Source: Felis catus
Lineage: Eukaryota
DNA: 64,000 nt
Assembly (NCBI RefSeq): GCF_018350175.1
Contig: NC_058368.1
Span: 207,268,001 to 207,332,000 of the forward strand
Reading direction: 5' to 3'
The translations under genes and the position numbers were made by a program. Shown here piece after piece: positions 23,816 through 36,970 of this stretch. Numbering within the stretch: the first letter of the stretch is position 1; every line of letters begins with the position of its first letter. The notes beneath the pieces are model-generated. The model was not told the DNA's origin. It saw nothing but the letters and a program-made list of their open reading frames with translations, and ran no database searches.

Positions 23816-26800
23816 AGCTTTAGAATGTTGTCTTATTAGTCCACCCCCCTGCACATGTCAGATGACGCAGTTTTAATCCTCATTTTACAAATCAAAAGGA
23901 GAGGTCGTTTGCCTGAATGCACACCAAAAGGGGCAGTCAGGATTTAAAGCTAGGTTTGTCTAACTCCAAAGCCTGTACTCTCAACCATTTTACTATATTG
24001 CAATGAAAAAAGTAATTCTAATCAATAGTAATCACAAAATCACAAGCAACTATGAAGTTACAAATAAATCAATTCACAATGTATTTAAAATAATTTTAGA
24101 AATAACTGCTTATTACATGACAGCATTTCATAAGCATTAGCTCATTTGATGCTTACTCTAACCCCATTATTATCATCATTTTAGAGATTTTTAAAAAAAC
24201 TTATCCTCTAACAAGTATCTCCTCCATAAAAGGACTTTCACAGTAAACTCTCAGTGAGAAATTTGTCTTTTATAAAAGATACAAGGGTGACACACTGGGA
24301 AACAGATGCTGACATATCCCATAGCAAACAAATTCATAACTTCCTAGTAATTTTTGTCTTTGAGGTTGGCTCCTGATTCACTCTACCTGTGAGAGCTCAG
24401 CTCTCCTCCTCTGCCAATGCTGTTCTCCACACTGATCATCCAGCTCTCCCCTCTCCCAGGTCCCCTGCCTTCCCCAACACATCTATGCCTCTCCCATTTT
24501 GACAAATATCAATGTTCTATCCCAACTATATACCCCAGACTATGTACCTAAATCCATCCTGATTTGGACTGTGGGTGAGTCTTCCCTTTAGACTAATCTA
24601 ACTTCTTGAGAGAGTAGTTAAAAATATCTACCCATTGATCTGTCATTTATCATGTATTGTTCTCTGTCTGGTTATATATGTGTGTATATTTATGGATGTG
24701 TTTTGAATTACATCAGTGGTTAGTCTCTAGAATGGTATAGAGGGTGTGATTTAACCTCCAAGCTAACTAGTTATCCTGAAACAATTTCATGGTTGCTGTC
24801 AGAGGATAAGAGAAAAGAAATAAAGAACTAAGAAAGAGACACTCAGAATTTAAATACTTTTTCAATGTCACAACCAATAAATGGCAGAACTGTGAGGTGA
24901 ATGCTGCAAAATCCGTGTTAACTTTTATGTTCTTTTGCAGTGGGACTGCTGTAGGCTCACAAATGTTTGGTATTGTTTTTTCTCATTGACAAGGAAAGAA
25001 AAATTAGTCATATTTAACCTACAAGTTAGGTTGAAGCATTTTGAACAGATTATACTTCTTTGCCAGAAATGCAGTGAAACTGACAACTTCCCAAATGTCT
25101 GCGTGCAGTGCACTCTGAATTGCTCCTGTGGTCAATATTGCCAATAAGTGGAAGCAGACCAAGTTTTAACCATCAGGCTCTTCTGTGCATTTGACAATCA
25201 CTGTGACTTGCTAACCACTAATTGACAAACCAAGGTTTTCTGAGAACCTGTCTTGTGCCTGATGCTGAGTGAGAAAACTCTGTGTGGGGTTTTAAAATTT
25301 TAACAGGTTTTCATTCGATCCAAACAGAGGTATAAAACAGTCTTTCACCATGTAAGATAATACATATTTCTGTGTCAAATTACATGCTTGAACTACAGAT
25401 ATCAAAGAAGAGAAAAGGGTCGGAGTGGTCCAGAGGTGTTCATGGATAAGCCAAGCTGATACCCTTCTAGGTAGAATTTTGACTACTCCTTCTCTGGCTT
25501 CAGGATACTAATTGGTAGATGCTCATTATTAGATATCCGTCCTTTAGTTCAACATGCTTCTGAAATGAGTTTTAAAGCAAAAATGGCAACAATTACTACT
25601 AAAGGTAATAATTGTTTTCAACATTTTCAGTTAGTACAGAGGGTTCTTGCCACTTCTGATGTTAATAGGAGTAGGTCCTGAGAGCATTTTCCACAGCTGG
25701 TGTGGAGCATGCATTGTTCCTCCTGTTCAGCTCCTAGAATCTCAGCTCTCTGTAGACTCTCTACAGTCAAGGACACCAGGCAGTAAGGAGAGCACACCAG
25801 CTGCCCCCAGAAGCCTCCTCCTTGGACTCCTGCTCAGTGCAGGCAATGAAAAATAATCAGTCCAAAATTTTTGTGGGTCCATGACTTTCAGACTCTCATC
25901 GTGCTTTGTGTGGGGCCTGTCAGGATCACGCTAGCATGTTTTATTCACTCTAGAGGGGTCCTTGGGGTCCTATATCACAAACACAAGCTTTTACAGGGTC
26001 ACCAATGAGAAAATTTTGTGGGGAGAAAAGAGATTATGTTCTTTTCTAGTGTTACTTCTGAATCTTTTTCGTTCTACTCTTCATAAAACTTTCTGCTCAC
26101 CCAAAAAGAAGTAGAGCCATCCTGCCAATTCTTCCCTAAGTAGCCACCACTTGATTCACTCCACATGCCTGGCCAGGATATCTGAATATGCAATAAGAAT
26201 CTTTAAACACCACCCAGGCTGGGGAGCGGGACAGTTAAAAACTAGCGGCCATTCTTCTGTATTGGCCGGATGATGTCAATATCACAAAGTGTTAGTACAT
26301 TTACAGGAAAAAACCAATGTGGGAAGGGTAAAGGGAAATTTTGGCTCTCCTTTTGAAAACCCAAAGCGATAATAGTGGTTGGCAATCAAAGTTCAAAAGG
26401 CCTGAAGCATAATTAGTCTGGTAAAGTCTCAGTGGTTCATATGGTTTAGGGATTTAAGGAATGGCATTAAAATGCCAATAAACATCATAATCCACAGAAT
26501 AAAGTTTTTAGAGCTATTGATTTTTGTTTTCTGGGTTTTTTTTTTTTTAAAGAAAAGAGGCCTTTTGCCTTTATGAGTTTCTTCATAGGGATTTCATTTC
26601 AGGAGCTTGGGTTTTAGAGAAATAAATAAACCAAATTCCAAGGAGCATTGAAGCCTCACCAAGAGGTGACATTTTAGAAGCTGATCATGTCAGAACTAAA
26701 CAAGGAATTGGGGCTGGGTCCATTAGAATCACTAGTTTTCATATAGAGGTGGCTTCTGAAGGGCTTTGGGGTACATATCCCTTCTTAGAATCAACCATGC

Positions 26801-27438
26801 TTTGCTCCCATTTTAAAAATCATTTCTCATTTGAAAGTAGAGATTTTTTCCAAGTGTGTTTCTGAAATCCTTTGGGGCTGTGGAGGAAGCCAGATGGGCA
26901 GTCTCTGGGCCCCCACTCTAGCTCTAGCTTTATTCCCATTTATTCATTTTGAATTTGTTTGAAACATTTACCAATAAACGGATGGAAATATTTAGTTTGT
27001 AAAAGGGTTTTACTAAAAAAAAAAAAAAAAACTAAACTGCTACTACTAAATTAATTTTTTTTTGCCAAAAAAAAATTAAGAATAACAAATCATCCACAAA
27101 TTTAAAAACTGCCAAGTCAAGGTGTCACTTGCAATTAGCAGTATATTAAAATGTCCCCATGCAGTGTGGAACAAGAGTGCAATAGCAATGCATTCACAAC
27201 TTGCTTGGCAAAACCAGGGCTCTAAGGATGGAGACCCAAAGTCTCAAATATGAAAGGGCCAGGGGATGGGGAAAACTGGAACCTGTTAGATGTCCAAAAG
27301 GATGAGGAGGATGAAGGAAGGCTAAAGCCCCAGGGAGGTGACACATTTCAGGTAGGTGGTAGAGTGTGCAGTATAAGAATGTGGAAATTTTCATAGAAGA
27401 TACGAAAAGGGGCAGAGATATTGAAAGGAGTTGATACA

Positions 27439-27758
27439 GGAAGTGAGGGTGGTCTGGCTGTTACATCTGTCACCCTGTTGATCACTAGGGTTGACCTGGC
27501 TGATCTGACTGTCTAGGTGGGTATCCCCTTTCTCCCTCACTGCTTCATGTGTGTCCCTCTTGAAGCTGTGCACTCTGTCAAAGAGGATGACCTTCCCTGA
27601 TAGAGGAGGACTGTTCTTTGGTCAAGGGTATATGAATGGCTGTGCTCCCCTATTAGAACCTCCAAACAAGCTCTCAAGCTCTATTTGTAAAAGTAGGTGA
27701 GTCAAGCTTCCAAGCCTCCAGACATCCAAATGGGGCACTGCATGTGGTAGTCTGCCTT
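27439..27758 (+). pseudogene. RN7SK: 7SK snRNA retropseudogene, essentially full length
   Basis: Collinear end to end with mammalian 7SK: ggaagtgagggtggtctggctg...acatctgtcaccc...gatagaggaggac...ggtcaagggtata...agaacctccaaacaagctctcaag...ctgcatgtggtagtctgcctt. No CpG left. Has an A-rich tail and TSD gagttgataca (27428-27438) / gagttgataga (28098-28108). Confidence 0.95.
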
Positions 27759-27760
27759 AT

Positions 27761-27762
27761 GA

Positions 27763-27818
<56 letters not shown>

Positions 27819-27846
27819 GGAAGAAAGAAGAAAAGAAAGAAACAAA

Positions 27847-27883
<37 letters not shown>

Positions 27884-27955
27884 GGAAGAAAGAAAGAAAG
27901 AAAGAAAGAAAGAGGAAAGACAAAGAAAAAGAGAAAAAAGAGGAAGAAAGAAGGA

Positions 27956-27987
<32 letters not shown>

Positions 27988-28032
27988 GAAATGAAGGAAA
28001 GAAAGGAAGGGAGAAATGAAGGAAGGGAGAAA

Positions 28033-28088
<56 letters not shown>

Positions 28089-28097
28089 AAAGAAAGA
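27761..28097 (+). repeat. Compound (GAAA)n polypurine microsatellite
   Basis: Directly visible. Lies between the 7SK 3' end and its right TSD. Confidence 0.98.
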
Positions 28098-29527
28098 GAG
28101 TTGATAGATAATAGTAAATGGAAGAGTCAACTGAAATGCCATACAAGCAATGGCACATCAAGTGCAGAGGCCTTCAATCAAATGCAAGTTTCAAAGGAAA
28201 TGGCTCAGAACCAGTTACAGGATTTTGGGCCTGTCACCCACTTCAAGGGCATAGAGATTCCCCAGATGGGAGATTAAAAGGAAGATGGAAGAGAACAGCT
28301 TGAGACAGAGAATTGTACTGTGAGTTCCACCCTCCACCCCAGGGGGAGGCAGGGTTGAGACCCACCTCCTCACTAGCAAGAAGGATTTCAAAGGAGACGA
28401 CATGGAGAATCTGCTTTTGTTGTCTGAGTTTGGGAAGTTTCTCTGACACACACCAGAGCAAGAGACCCTCTGGAGTCCCATGGGGTAGAGAGCTCTGCAG
28501 CTAGGACATAATTTTATTCCCTCCAACTGCAAGCCAAGATGCCTAGGGCCAGACGGAAGAATGCCAGCCTGGGGCCTTTTTAGACAGGATCCTAAGGACA
28601 GGTCTAAAAGAATTTCTACCCAAGGAGAAGGGGATCCCTACTGAGAAAATCTGTAATAAAATGAAGCACCAGAAATTTGAAGGCTGGAGGGGTGAACCAG
28701 AGGCCAAAGGTGAAAAGAACTGTTATCTGATCCTATCCGAGGGCCCTGGCAGGTTGGGAGTTCTGGAAGAATAAGTGTGAGGCTCTGAAAGCAAGAAGCC
28801 ATGGACAGGCATGACATTTAAGTAGGTTTTTTCCTGTCCCTTGATCTGCATTCTCTCTCCCTCCTTCAGCCGTAGAGTCAGATGGAAGAGCTATTGAATG
28901 GCAGGAAAGGTTGGAAAGAAAGCAAGCCCATGACACCCCTTTCACTAGACAGACTTGTCCAGAACCAGCTCTGGCAAATGGATGACAAGTCTTATTTTTG
29001 AATGCAGACTGCGGTGTTAATTAATGTAGGATGACTGAAGATCCTACTTTCTGAAATAAGACTGTGTTTTGTAACTTAAGCAGTTTGGGACCTCTTTTTA
29101 AAAAATAAGAAGGACTGGAAATATCATGGTGCCTGATTGTTGCCTTCCAAAGGCAGAAAAACAAAACAAAACAAACAAAGAAACAAAAAATATTCTTCAA
29201 TGAATTAATCCTGATAACTCAGCTTGTTTATCACACCAGTTAAAGGTCCTTGTAAGCTAGTTGATAACCATTCCCACTGTGCTGTCCAGGGTAGGTCTTA
29301 ACCCTGAGCTTAAAGTGAAATCCCCACACACTGTGGTCAGGGGAATAATAATAAGCGGAAAAAACCTTGGAGGATTTGGGAGGTTGATTGTCTGGTTGCT
29401 CATTTGGTGTCTTTGAGTTTTATCTTGCAAAAGATTATTGCAGGTACATTCAGTCTACAAAGTGTTTTGATCTCACTACATGCCAGCATTCTCTATAACC
29501 CCACACACTGCAGTAGAAAGAATATCT

Positions 29528-29530
<3 letters not shown>

Positions 29531-29559
<29 letters not shown>

Positions 29560-29681
29560 TGTGTGTGCATGTGTGTATAGTGTATATATATACATGTATA
29601 TATATATATCATATAGAGATATATTCATATATCTAGATATCTAGATAGATGATAGATAGATAGATAGATAGATAGATATAA

Positions 29682-29714
<33 letters not shown>

Positions 29715-29723
29715 CAGATAGAT
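29531..29723. repeat. Compound microsatellite (CA)n/(TA)n/(GATA)n
   Basis: Directly visible. Confidence 0.95.
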
Positions 29724-30439
29724 GTTTGGGGGGTTTTATTTTTATTTTTTTTAAGTGGACCCATGAGAAAAGTAAGGGAAAACTCTTAGTTTATAGGGAA
29801 ATAGGATGCAATGGCTTACTTACTCTAACCCTAAAAGTTTTCCTGTTTTCCTTTCTTTCTTTGTTTTTTGGGGATGCGGGAAAGTAGTTTGTCTCCTCTC
29901 AAAATATAAACTATCTGAGTCTGTCTGTCTTTGCTTCTCTCAGCAAGATCATTCACAACTTCTCACTAAAGGGAAACATCGTCACAGAACAGGAAAGAAA
30001 ATGATTTCTTACGAGAAAATGAAGTTTGCATTCCTGAGACCAAGAGAACAGGCATGATGTAACAGACCGTAAGATTAACAACACGTTGCCTGTTAGACTC
30101 GGCAGGAAATAGAACTGGAATGATGGCTCAAGAATTATAGGAAAAAGAGCCTTGTTTCTTTGGGGTTTCAGGAAGCATTTCTAATGAGCTGTTTTATTCA
30201 TAAAGTATTTCTGAATATTTTATCAGAAGAGTAAAGAGTAGTCTCCTGAAAAAACATCCAGTTCTGAAGCTTGTGTATCATGATAGCTGGAAGATTGGAC
30301 TTGTGGGTCCAACAAAAAGAGAGTGGCATTGATTACTGTCATATCAAATTTTCACCTTATCACAGGTGATGCCAAGGTGCATTTACTCATCCACACACTT
30401 AATACATGCCTAGAATTAAAGTCACTTGATAGTTTAGAG

Positions 30440-30583
30440 GACAAAGTCAGGCTCCAACCTGTTGCTAGCTGAGTGATGGTAACAAGGTCACTTAAACTCC
30501 CTAGGCCTCAGTTTTCTTACTTTAAAACGGGAATAATAACAGTCATGACGTCATAGGATTTTTGTAAAGATTAAGTGGACTAA
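30440..30583 (+). mobile_element. MIR, split by an LTR (remainder at about 31010-31060)
   Basis: 'gctagctgagtga...cacttaaactccctaggcctcagttttcttac...gggaataataac...ataggatttttgtaaagattaa'; resumes at 'tagtatatagtatgagctcaataaa'. Confidence 0.75.
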
Positions 30584-30584
30584 T

Positions 30585-31005
30585 GATGACATGATGGCCA
30601 TGAGAAAGAAGTGCTCAGATTTCATGCTGTGGGAATGTAATTGATGAACAACCCCAGCTACTGTCCTTTTGGCTTGACTGCCATATTCCCACAGGGCTGC
30701 TCCTAGTCAATGACCAAGCATGGCGTGGGTACCAATGCAGGTCACTTCTATGAGATAGGAGACTCTTGAAAAGATGACTTCAGCTTGAAGACTCCTATTG
30801 GCTTGACAGAACATTTCTTGGAATTACACTGCAGCATGAGACCAATCCTCCTTCCCCTTCTCTCCTTCCACAACGTCAGACCATCATTGTGGTATGAAGG
30901 CTCCTGCCACTTTCTGCTACCACTTCCTCCCCTTCTATCCTTCACAGGCTTTTCACCCACAATTAACCCTTCATGTCATCCCATCTTAATGTATCCAAAC
31001 TAACA
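30585..31005 (+). mobile_element. ERVL solo LTR (LTR16C-like)
   Basis: 'gaagtgctcagatttc...gactcctattggcttg...ccttcacaggc...ccaaactaaca', inserted in a MIR. Confidence 0.6.
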
Positions 31006-31394
31006 CTGGTTAGTTAAAAAAAAACCAGTATCTAGTATATAGTATGAGCTCAATAAACACCACTTTTATTATTATTATTATTATTATTAGCAAAGAGAGT
31101 GATGGGTAGCATAAACATGGAATGCTTGCTGCTATTCAAAGGAAGGAAAAATCACTTCAAACCAAAACATTCAAAAAATTCCATATATGAGATAGATTTT
31201 GAGCTAGCTGGAAGAATCTTTAAAGTGAGGTTTGTTAAAGACTGGGGACAGTTTGAGCTAGGAGAATCATAAAAGCAGAAACACAGAGACTGATAAGTGG
31301 AAATGCTTCTAAATTGGCTGGAATGCCGCATGCATGTGCGGTGGTGGTGCCGTGGGTCCATAAAAGCAGGTTGGGGCTAAACTGTGGGAGAGAT

Positions 31395-31835
31395 TTATAT
31401 TAGTTTTGCCGTTGTAACCAGCAAGCCCCAAATTTCAGTGGCTTACAACAACAGAGGTTTGTTTCTCATTTGTGTTACGTGTTGGTGGCTGTGGGTCAGC
31501 TGCTATGGCTCTATTTCATGCCATGTCTTCTTGTCTTCTTCGGAGACCCTAGCTGAAGGAGCAGACCCTACCGGGGGAACGTGGTTTCTCAAGGAAAAGG
31601 ACTGACAGGAGCAATCAATGGTTTTTGAAGCTTCTGCCAGAGGCAAGGTATGTGTAATGTCTACTCACGTTCCATTGGCCAAAACAAGTCATACGGCTGA
31701 GCCTAACATCAGTAGGGCAAAGAACACCCCTCCAACACAGGAGGCACTAAAAGTCACATGGTGATAGATGCCAGAGTATAATCTTCTCACAGCAAGGAGG
31801 ACTAAATATTTGGTACCAATACATCAATCTACCAC
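31395..31835 (-). mobile_element. Old MaLR LTR (MLT1 family)
   Basis: 'ccccaaatttcagtggcttacaacaacagaggtttgtttctca...cattggccaaaacaagtca...atctaccaca'. Confidence 0.75.
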
Positions 31836-33465
31836 AGGACAGAAATTATTCAGTTGACCAAATTTAAACACTTAATATTTTTTTAATTGGCCAGTGATAC
31901 CATCAGGGTTGTCTTTGTGTGTGGAGGTGAAGGTGGAATGGAGGAGTGGAAAGAAGATTAAAACTACACTGATCCAGGCGAGACACGATGACAGGCAGGC
32001 TGGAATCGACCATGCCCTCTACTCCAAGACCCAGCTCCCTAGTCTTTATTCTGACACCTGTACAAGCAGTTGAAGAAGAAAAATTAAATGAGGAACAATC
32101 AAGTCACTTTATACACATCTGTATAGTGGAGAAGGCGGAGCCAATTCTCAGGTGAAGCCTCAGAAAACTATGAAAGAGAAGTCGAATTTTGCTTCAGAGC
32201 CCACTCTCCTCCCTCTACCTCCATGCTCCTGGGATTCCACAATTTCCATCCCTATGAACCAAGCCCCAGACCAAAGTACTCTCACTTTGTCCTCAAGATG
32301 GCCAGGTCTTCCCACCTGTGACTCAGAAAAGGCCCTCCCAAACTCTCCTGGGCAATCCCCACTTCAAGCCTCTGGCCTGAAGATTGTGTTTCAACCCACT
32401 TTCCTCAAGAACCACACTTGCCATCATGACCGTAACCTGCCTCCTCATGGTTATCCTAATTGGCTAGCTGTTCCTGTTAAAAAATGCATTCACTACTTAC
32501 TCTCCTGTCACGAGATACTTAGATTTTAAATGTATTTCTAAAAGAGAGAATAACTTAACCTCCCAAAAACAGTCTATTATATAAGCCAGTGGAAGGAAAT
32601 AATCTTAAACAAGGAAACCATTTAGGAGCAGATCTTAAACCAGATCAATAGGCAAGTGCCTGGTGTGTTTGTGGCCCAGCTGGGCCACTCCCCAGGAGGG
32701 TTTGTGGACTGTGTCACACGTTATTTCCTGGTCCGCACAGGGTGCAGATTGACCGTAGGATACCAACATGGTATTCTATAATCCTATAAGTGCATTTTAA
32801 CATGAGTGGTGAATTCGGAGCCAGAAACCAATGTCTGAACATCCAAGGCCCAATAATGACCATTCTATACACTACAGAAATTCTCAGTGATGTCAGTTCA
32901 CTTGTTCTAATTCTTCCACAGCCATGGACAAACTGTCTCCAAGTCACTGATTTCCACAGGAACCGGAAAGAAGGTCATGTCAGGAAAAGGGGTGACCCAA
33001 ACCACACTGATTCGGCGAGTGGGTCCGGCCTCATCCTGAGTTGCAAGACATCTTTCACCACCAGAGCCCTCAGTATTCCAGGGCAGGCAGTTCTATTTTT
33101 TTTTCCTTCTAACTTAATTCTAACGCCTGACCTTTGGGTGAATAAATAACCTCCCACCTTCTTACCAGTGCATCAGGTCACATAATAATCATCACACCAT
33201 CTACCTCAGGCACAGAGAGGCAAAGGCCTCCAACCCCAGCTTCCAGATTTTCTTTTCTCAAGAAGTAGTGCATCTGGTTAGACCTGAAAATACATTGCTT
33301 GAGGTCAACTGCCCCTGAGCCACTTCTGAAATCCTGCCACGCTATCAAGTAAGGCCGAAGGAGGAAGTCACCCGGAGGTCTGGTTACTCTGACTTGGAAG
33401 TCCCACCACCACATTGGTGCCACAGTGCCTGGGACTCTGTGGGAATTAGGCACCAAGATCCCTTC

Positions 33466-33468
<3 letters not shown>

Positions 33469-33505
<37 letters not shown>
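33469..33505. repeat. (GA)n microsatellite
   Basis: Directly visible. Confidence 0.97.
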
Positions 33506-33507
<2 letters not shown>

Positions 33508-33913
33508 ATTGCTCCTGCTGCAGGTAAGTTAAGAGGCATCCGTGTATGAATAAATTTTGCAAAGTTTGTGTGGAGTAAGCAACAGAACAGGGCAAGACAG
33601 AGAAACCTGAGCTGTGAGCCGCTGGGACACTTGGACTGACTTGGCAGATGACAGGTTTTGTTACAGATTTTTAAAATAATGTTGCTTTAAGAACAGAGAG
33701 AAAACCAAGCCAAGAAACATCAACAGTAAGTTTTCCTCCTTTTTCCCCCTAAGATATGCTGAAGCCAGGTTTAATTTTATGTCAGGAAAGAATTCCCTCC
33801 TGAGACTTTCCTGGCCACGGTTCAGTTGAGGATAATGTTTTCCAGCCATGTTTCCAGAGTCCCTCAAAAGTTGAAAGGAAAATGGCAAACAATCGTGAAG
33901 CCTTCGTATTGAA

Positions 33914-33927
33914 CCAGCAGGGGGAGC
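33914..33927 (+). promoter_or_regulatory. Candidate CTCF core motif
   Basis: CCAGCAGGGGGAGC versus consensus CCACCAGGGGGCGC. Motif match only. Confidence 0.4.
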
Positions 33928-36009
33928 TGTTACGATAAAGAAGTGGGTGGCTCCTCTTCTACCAAGTGATTTCTGACTCCCAGTTGCCATTCTCTACCTG
34001 TAGGGATGCCTACAGGATGAAATATTTACAGATGCCAGCAGCTTTTATACTTCTGATTTTAACACAGAGCGTTATATGTGATATTTTCAATCAGAAGCAA
34101 AAAAGAGTCTTAGATATGTGTACAATTTGCCAGCAGCTGGCGAAGCATAACAGCATTCCACAATGACTTTCATCAGCGCGTAATGAAGCGTATCTCAGAC
34201 AGTATATTGCAACCCCAAAGTCTCTAGTGAAAGTAGATGTTTGAAATAGAACTTCCAGGGTATTAAAAAAGAGTCATTATAACAACGTCACCAAAATGTA
34301 CCTTCTCTTACTGTAAGAGGTATTTTGATGCTGCCCAGATCAGTGATTCTGATTTTCAAATTACTTGAGTCCATTTAAAAATTGAGGAGGAGGAAGGTAA
34401 GGAAGCCAACCCCACTGCTTATCTTTAGAAACAGTCTCTGTTCTTTGTCTTGGGTTGTTTGAAGTCCTACCTTAAAACACACAATGTTAAGAATTAAATG
34501 ACCATTAATATTTTAGGCAATCCTCATGCTCGCCTACCTCTGATTACTAGGTTCCTTCTAGCATTGGCAGAACCCTTATGTTCAGAACCTGCTGGAGCTA
34601 AATTTGACTATTATTTGTGTCTTTAACATACATTACTGTGACTATAGCTTATACGTGATTGTCGAGGATGCCCCCAAGAGTAGTAAATGTAGGCTTCCAG
34701 GGACAGCCAGATAAAAGGAGTGCTGAAGTTCAGGAAGCCAGACTCCAGGAGAAGAGAGAGGTAATGGGGGAATTGGCTGGAACATAGGAAATTCAAGACA
34801 AGAGGAATCTTTCCAGGAGGAAATTGAAAATCAAAGGTCTCTCTGACCAAGTGTACGGGCAATATAATCACTTTAAAGGCTGATATTATGTGGTCCAAGG
34901 GATTCCATTATAGTGGAGTGCCTCAAGTTTTCTGATGGATTATGGGAAAATGATCTGAGAAAGCAAGACATTGTTCAGAAAATAGACTGAAATTAGTGCA
35001 GGGCTTATAGGAACAGAATTGACAAATAAGCGACATAGTATGGAAAATATAGGTATGCAGCAGAAGCAGAGGAATTCAGAGTACAGAGAGAGAATCAGAC
35101 ACAAGTTGTTCAAGAATGGCCTAGATTTCTTTCTGAATAGTTTTGGGCGAAATTACTGTTAATATCCTATAATATAATAAAATACTGTGCATTTTTGCTT
35201 TCTAAAGATGAATAAACATGCCAGCTATTTCCAAACATGGCTGACTTATAGTAATATGCCTTCTGATATACTGATCAACAGAGTCCTCAGTGGTTCCAGA
35301 AAGTTCCCAGTCATTCAGCAACTGATTAGGTACTCATTCTAAACTTTGATCTGAGCAGGAGCTTCCATCTATCTTTGATTTATCCTTACACTATGAGTCA
35401 GAACCATGCTTTGGATTTGTACAAGGTAGTACATTCTTACATGTCTTTCGTGGAGACCTCTGACCATGTTTTCATCTCCAGAGGGCTTACCAACAACAGA
35501 CCAATGGTGTTACCTGTTGAAATCAAGGATAAGTCAGTAACAGAAAATGTGCTTGGATAGTGGTTTGGGATTGAAATTTGTTCTTTTCCTGAAGAATTTC
35601 TATGCATTTCAATGGATTTATATAAGTACCTAGTTTACTAAGCAGTGTTAACTCAAAAGAAATATGAAGTTTTTACATTTCTCAATCATTCTTCCCAAGT
35701 ATACTATTCTAAGTATTAATCCCCTTCAGGGCATCCAAGAATGCTCCATCATTTTCCAGTTGTTTTCAGTTATTAAACCTCAGCCCAGCCAGCCATCGGG
35801 CATGAATTTATCCTCACCTCTGCCCCCCTCCACTTTACCCAGTACAAGTATAAACTGCTTGGAGGTCTATCTCAAGGACACCACCACCTCGTATTCCCAT
35901 TCTACGATTACTTCCAGGGTTTGGAGCTGAGAGGTGGAGCAGGGAAAGGGAAGAGGGTCATGCTAACAGGTCCTGCCATAACCTCTCTCTAAGGGCAATA
36001 AAAACAGAG

Positions 36010-36970
36010 AGAAAATGTGCACCTGGAGAAGCCAGGTAGACTCTAAAGAAGAGATGGTATTTGAGTTGGTTGTTGAAATATGAATAGCATCAATCAGGCA
36101 GGGGGGAAAATTGGAGAATACATTTTAGGCAAAGAAAATAATGGCATGTGCAAGGACAAAAGATATAGATGTTGTGGTGACTAGTGCACCTGCCTTTGAG
36201 GGGGGTGGTCAGGGTGTGGGGAAAGATGGCCCTGGCAGAGCCATTGAGGCGAACCTGCAAATGGCATTGTAGTATCTCTTAAGGCATTTGGGATTTTTCT
36301 GTATTTGAAATGGGGACTTATCGATGGTCTTAAAGAAAGAGGATGATATACAGAATGTCTGACTTCAGCAGGGGAGAGATAAGAAACCAGGGCGTTCGGA
36401 GATCACGGCTGTGATCATCTGGAGGATAACTGTGAGTACATGAACTAAGTGTATGTTAATGGGGAAGGAAGAGAAGGAGCAGAGACGAGGACTCTTTAAT
36501 AGGATCAAATGGAGAAGGAGTCAGTGGTTTTAAGCTTAGTGCCGGACGTATACAAATACTCTCCCTGAGATGGGAACAGAGGAGGAGCTGGGTGAGAAGA
36601 TAATGGGCACGGTTTGGGACATGTTAAATTTGAGGTGACCATGGAACATCTAGGAGGAGCTGCTCCGGGGGCATTTGGGCTGGAGTTTAGGAGAGAAACC
36701 TAGGCTGAACATGGGGGAAATCAGTGAATGGATGAGGCTTGAAGCTAGGTGAGTGGATGTGAGAATGTCTAGTTAGGATATGTACAAAGAAAGCAGGATG
36801 CTAAGGATAGAGCATTTAAAGGAGAGAACCACGGGGGAGAAAAGCTAGTGAAGAGGGGTGAGAAAAGTTGTCAAGAGAAGAAATCAAGATGGACCGGTCA
36901 GTGTCTCAAAAGCAAGGCGGAGTAATGTCAACCAGACAGTGGTCCTGGGGTTAAATGTTACAGAAAAGTT
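36010..36970 (-). mobile_element. L2 LINE fragment
   Basis: Purine-rich antisense L2, e.g. 'ggtttgggacatgttaaatttgaggtgaccatggaacatctagg'. Confidence 0.7.

Noticed and set aside
27439..27758. Functional 7SK gene
   Set aside because: It has a TSD and tail, complete CpG decay, small internal deletions and no T-run terminator, and I recognise no upstream type-3 promoter.
27702..28161. F/L/S-rich and K/E/R-rich ORFs
   Set aside because: Translations of the (GAAA)n microsatellite.
28200..29330. Possible ancient Gypsy-type/ERV LTR
   Set aside because: Only a vague resemblance; I cannot support family or boundaries without a Dfam search.
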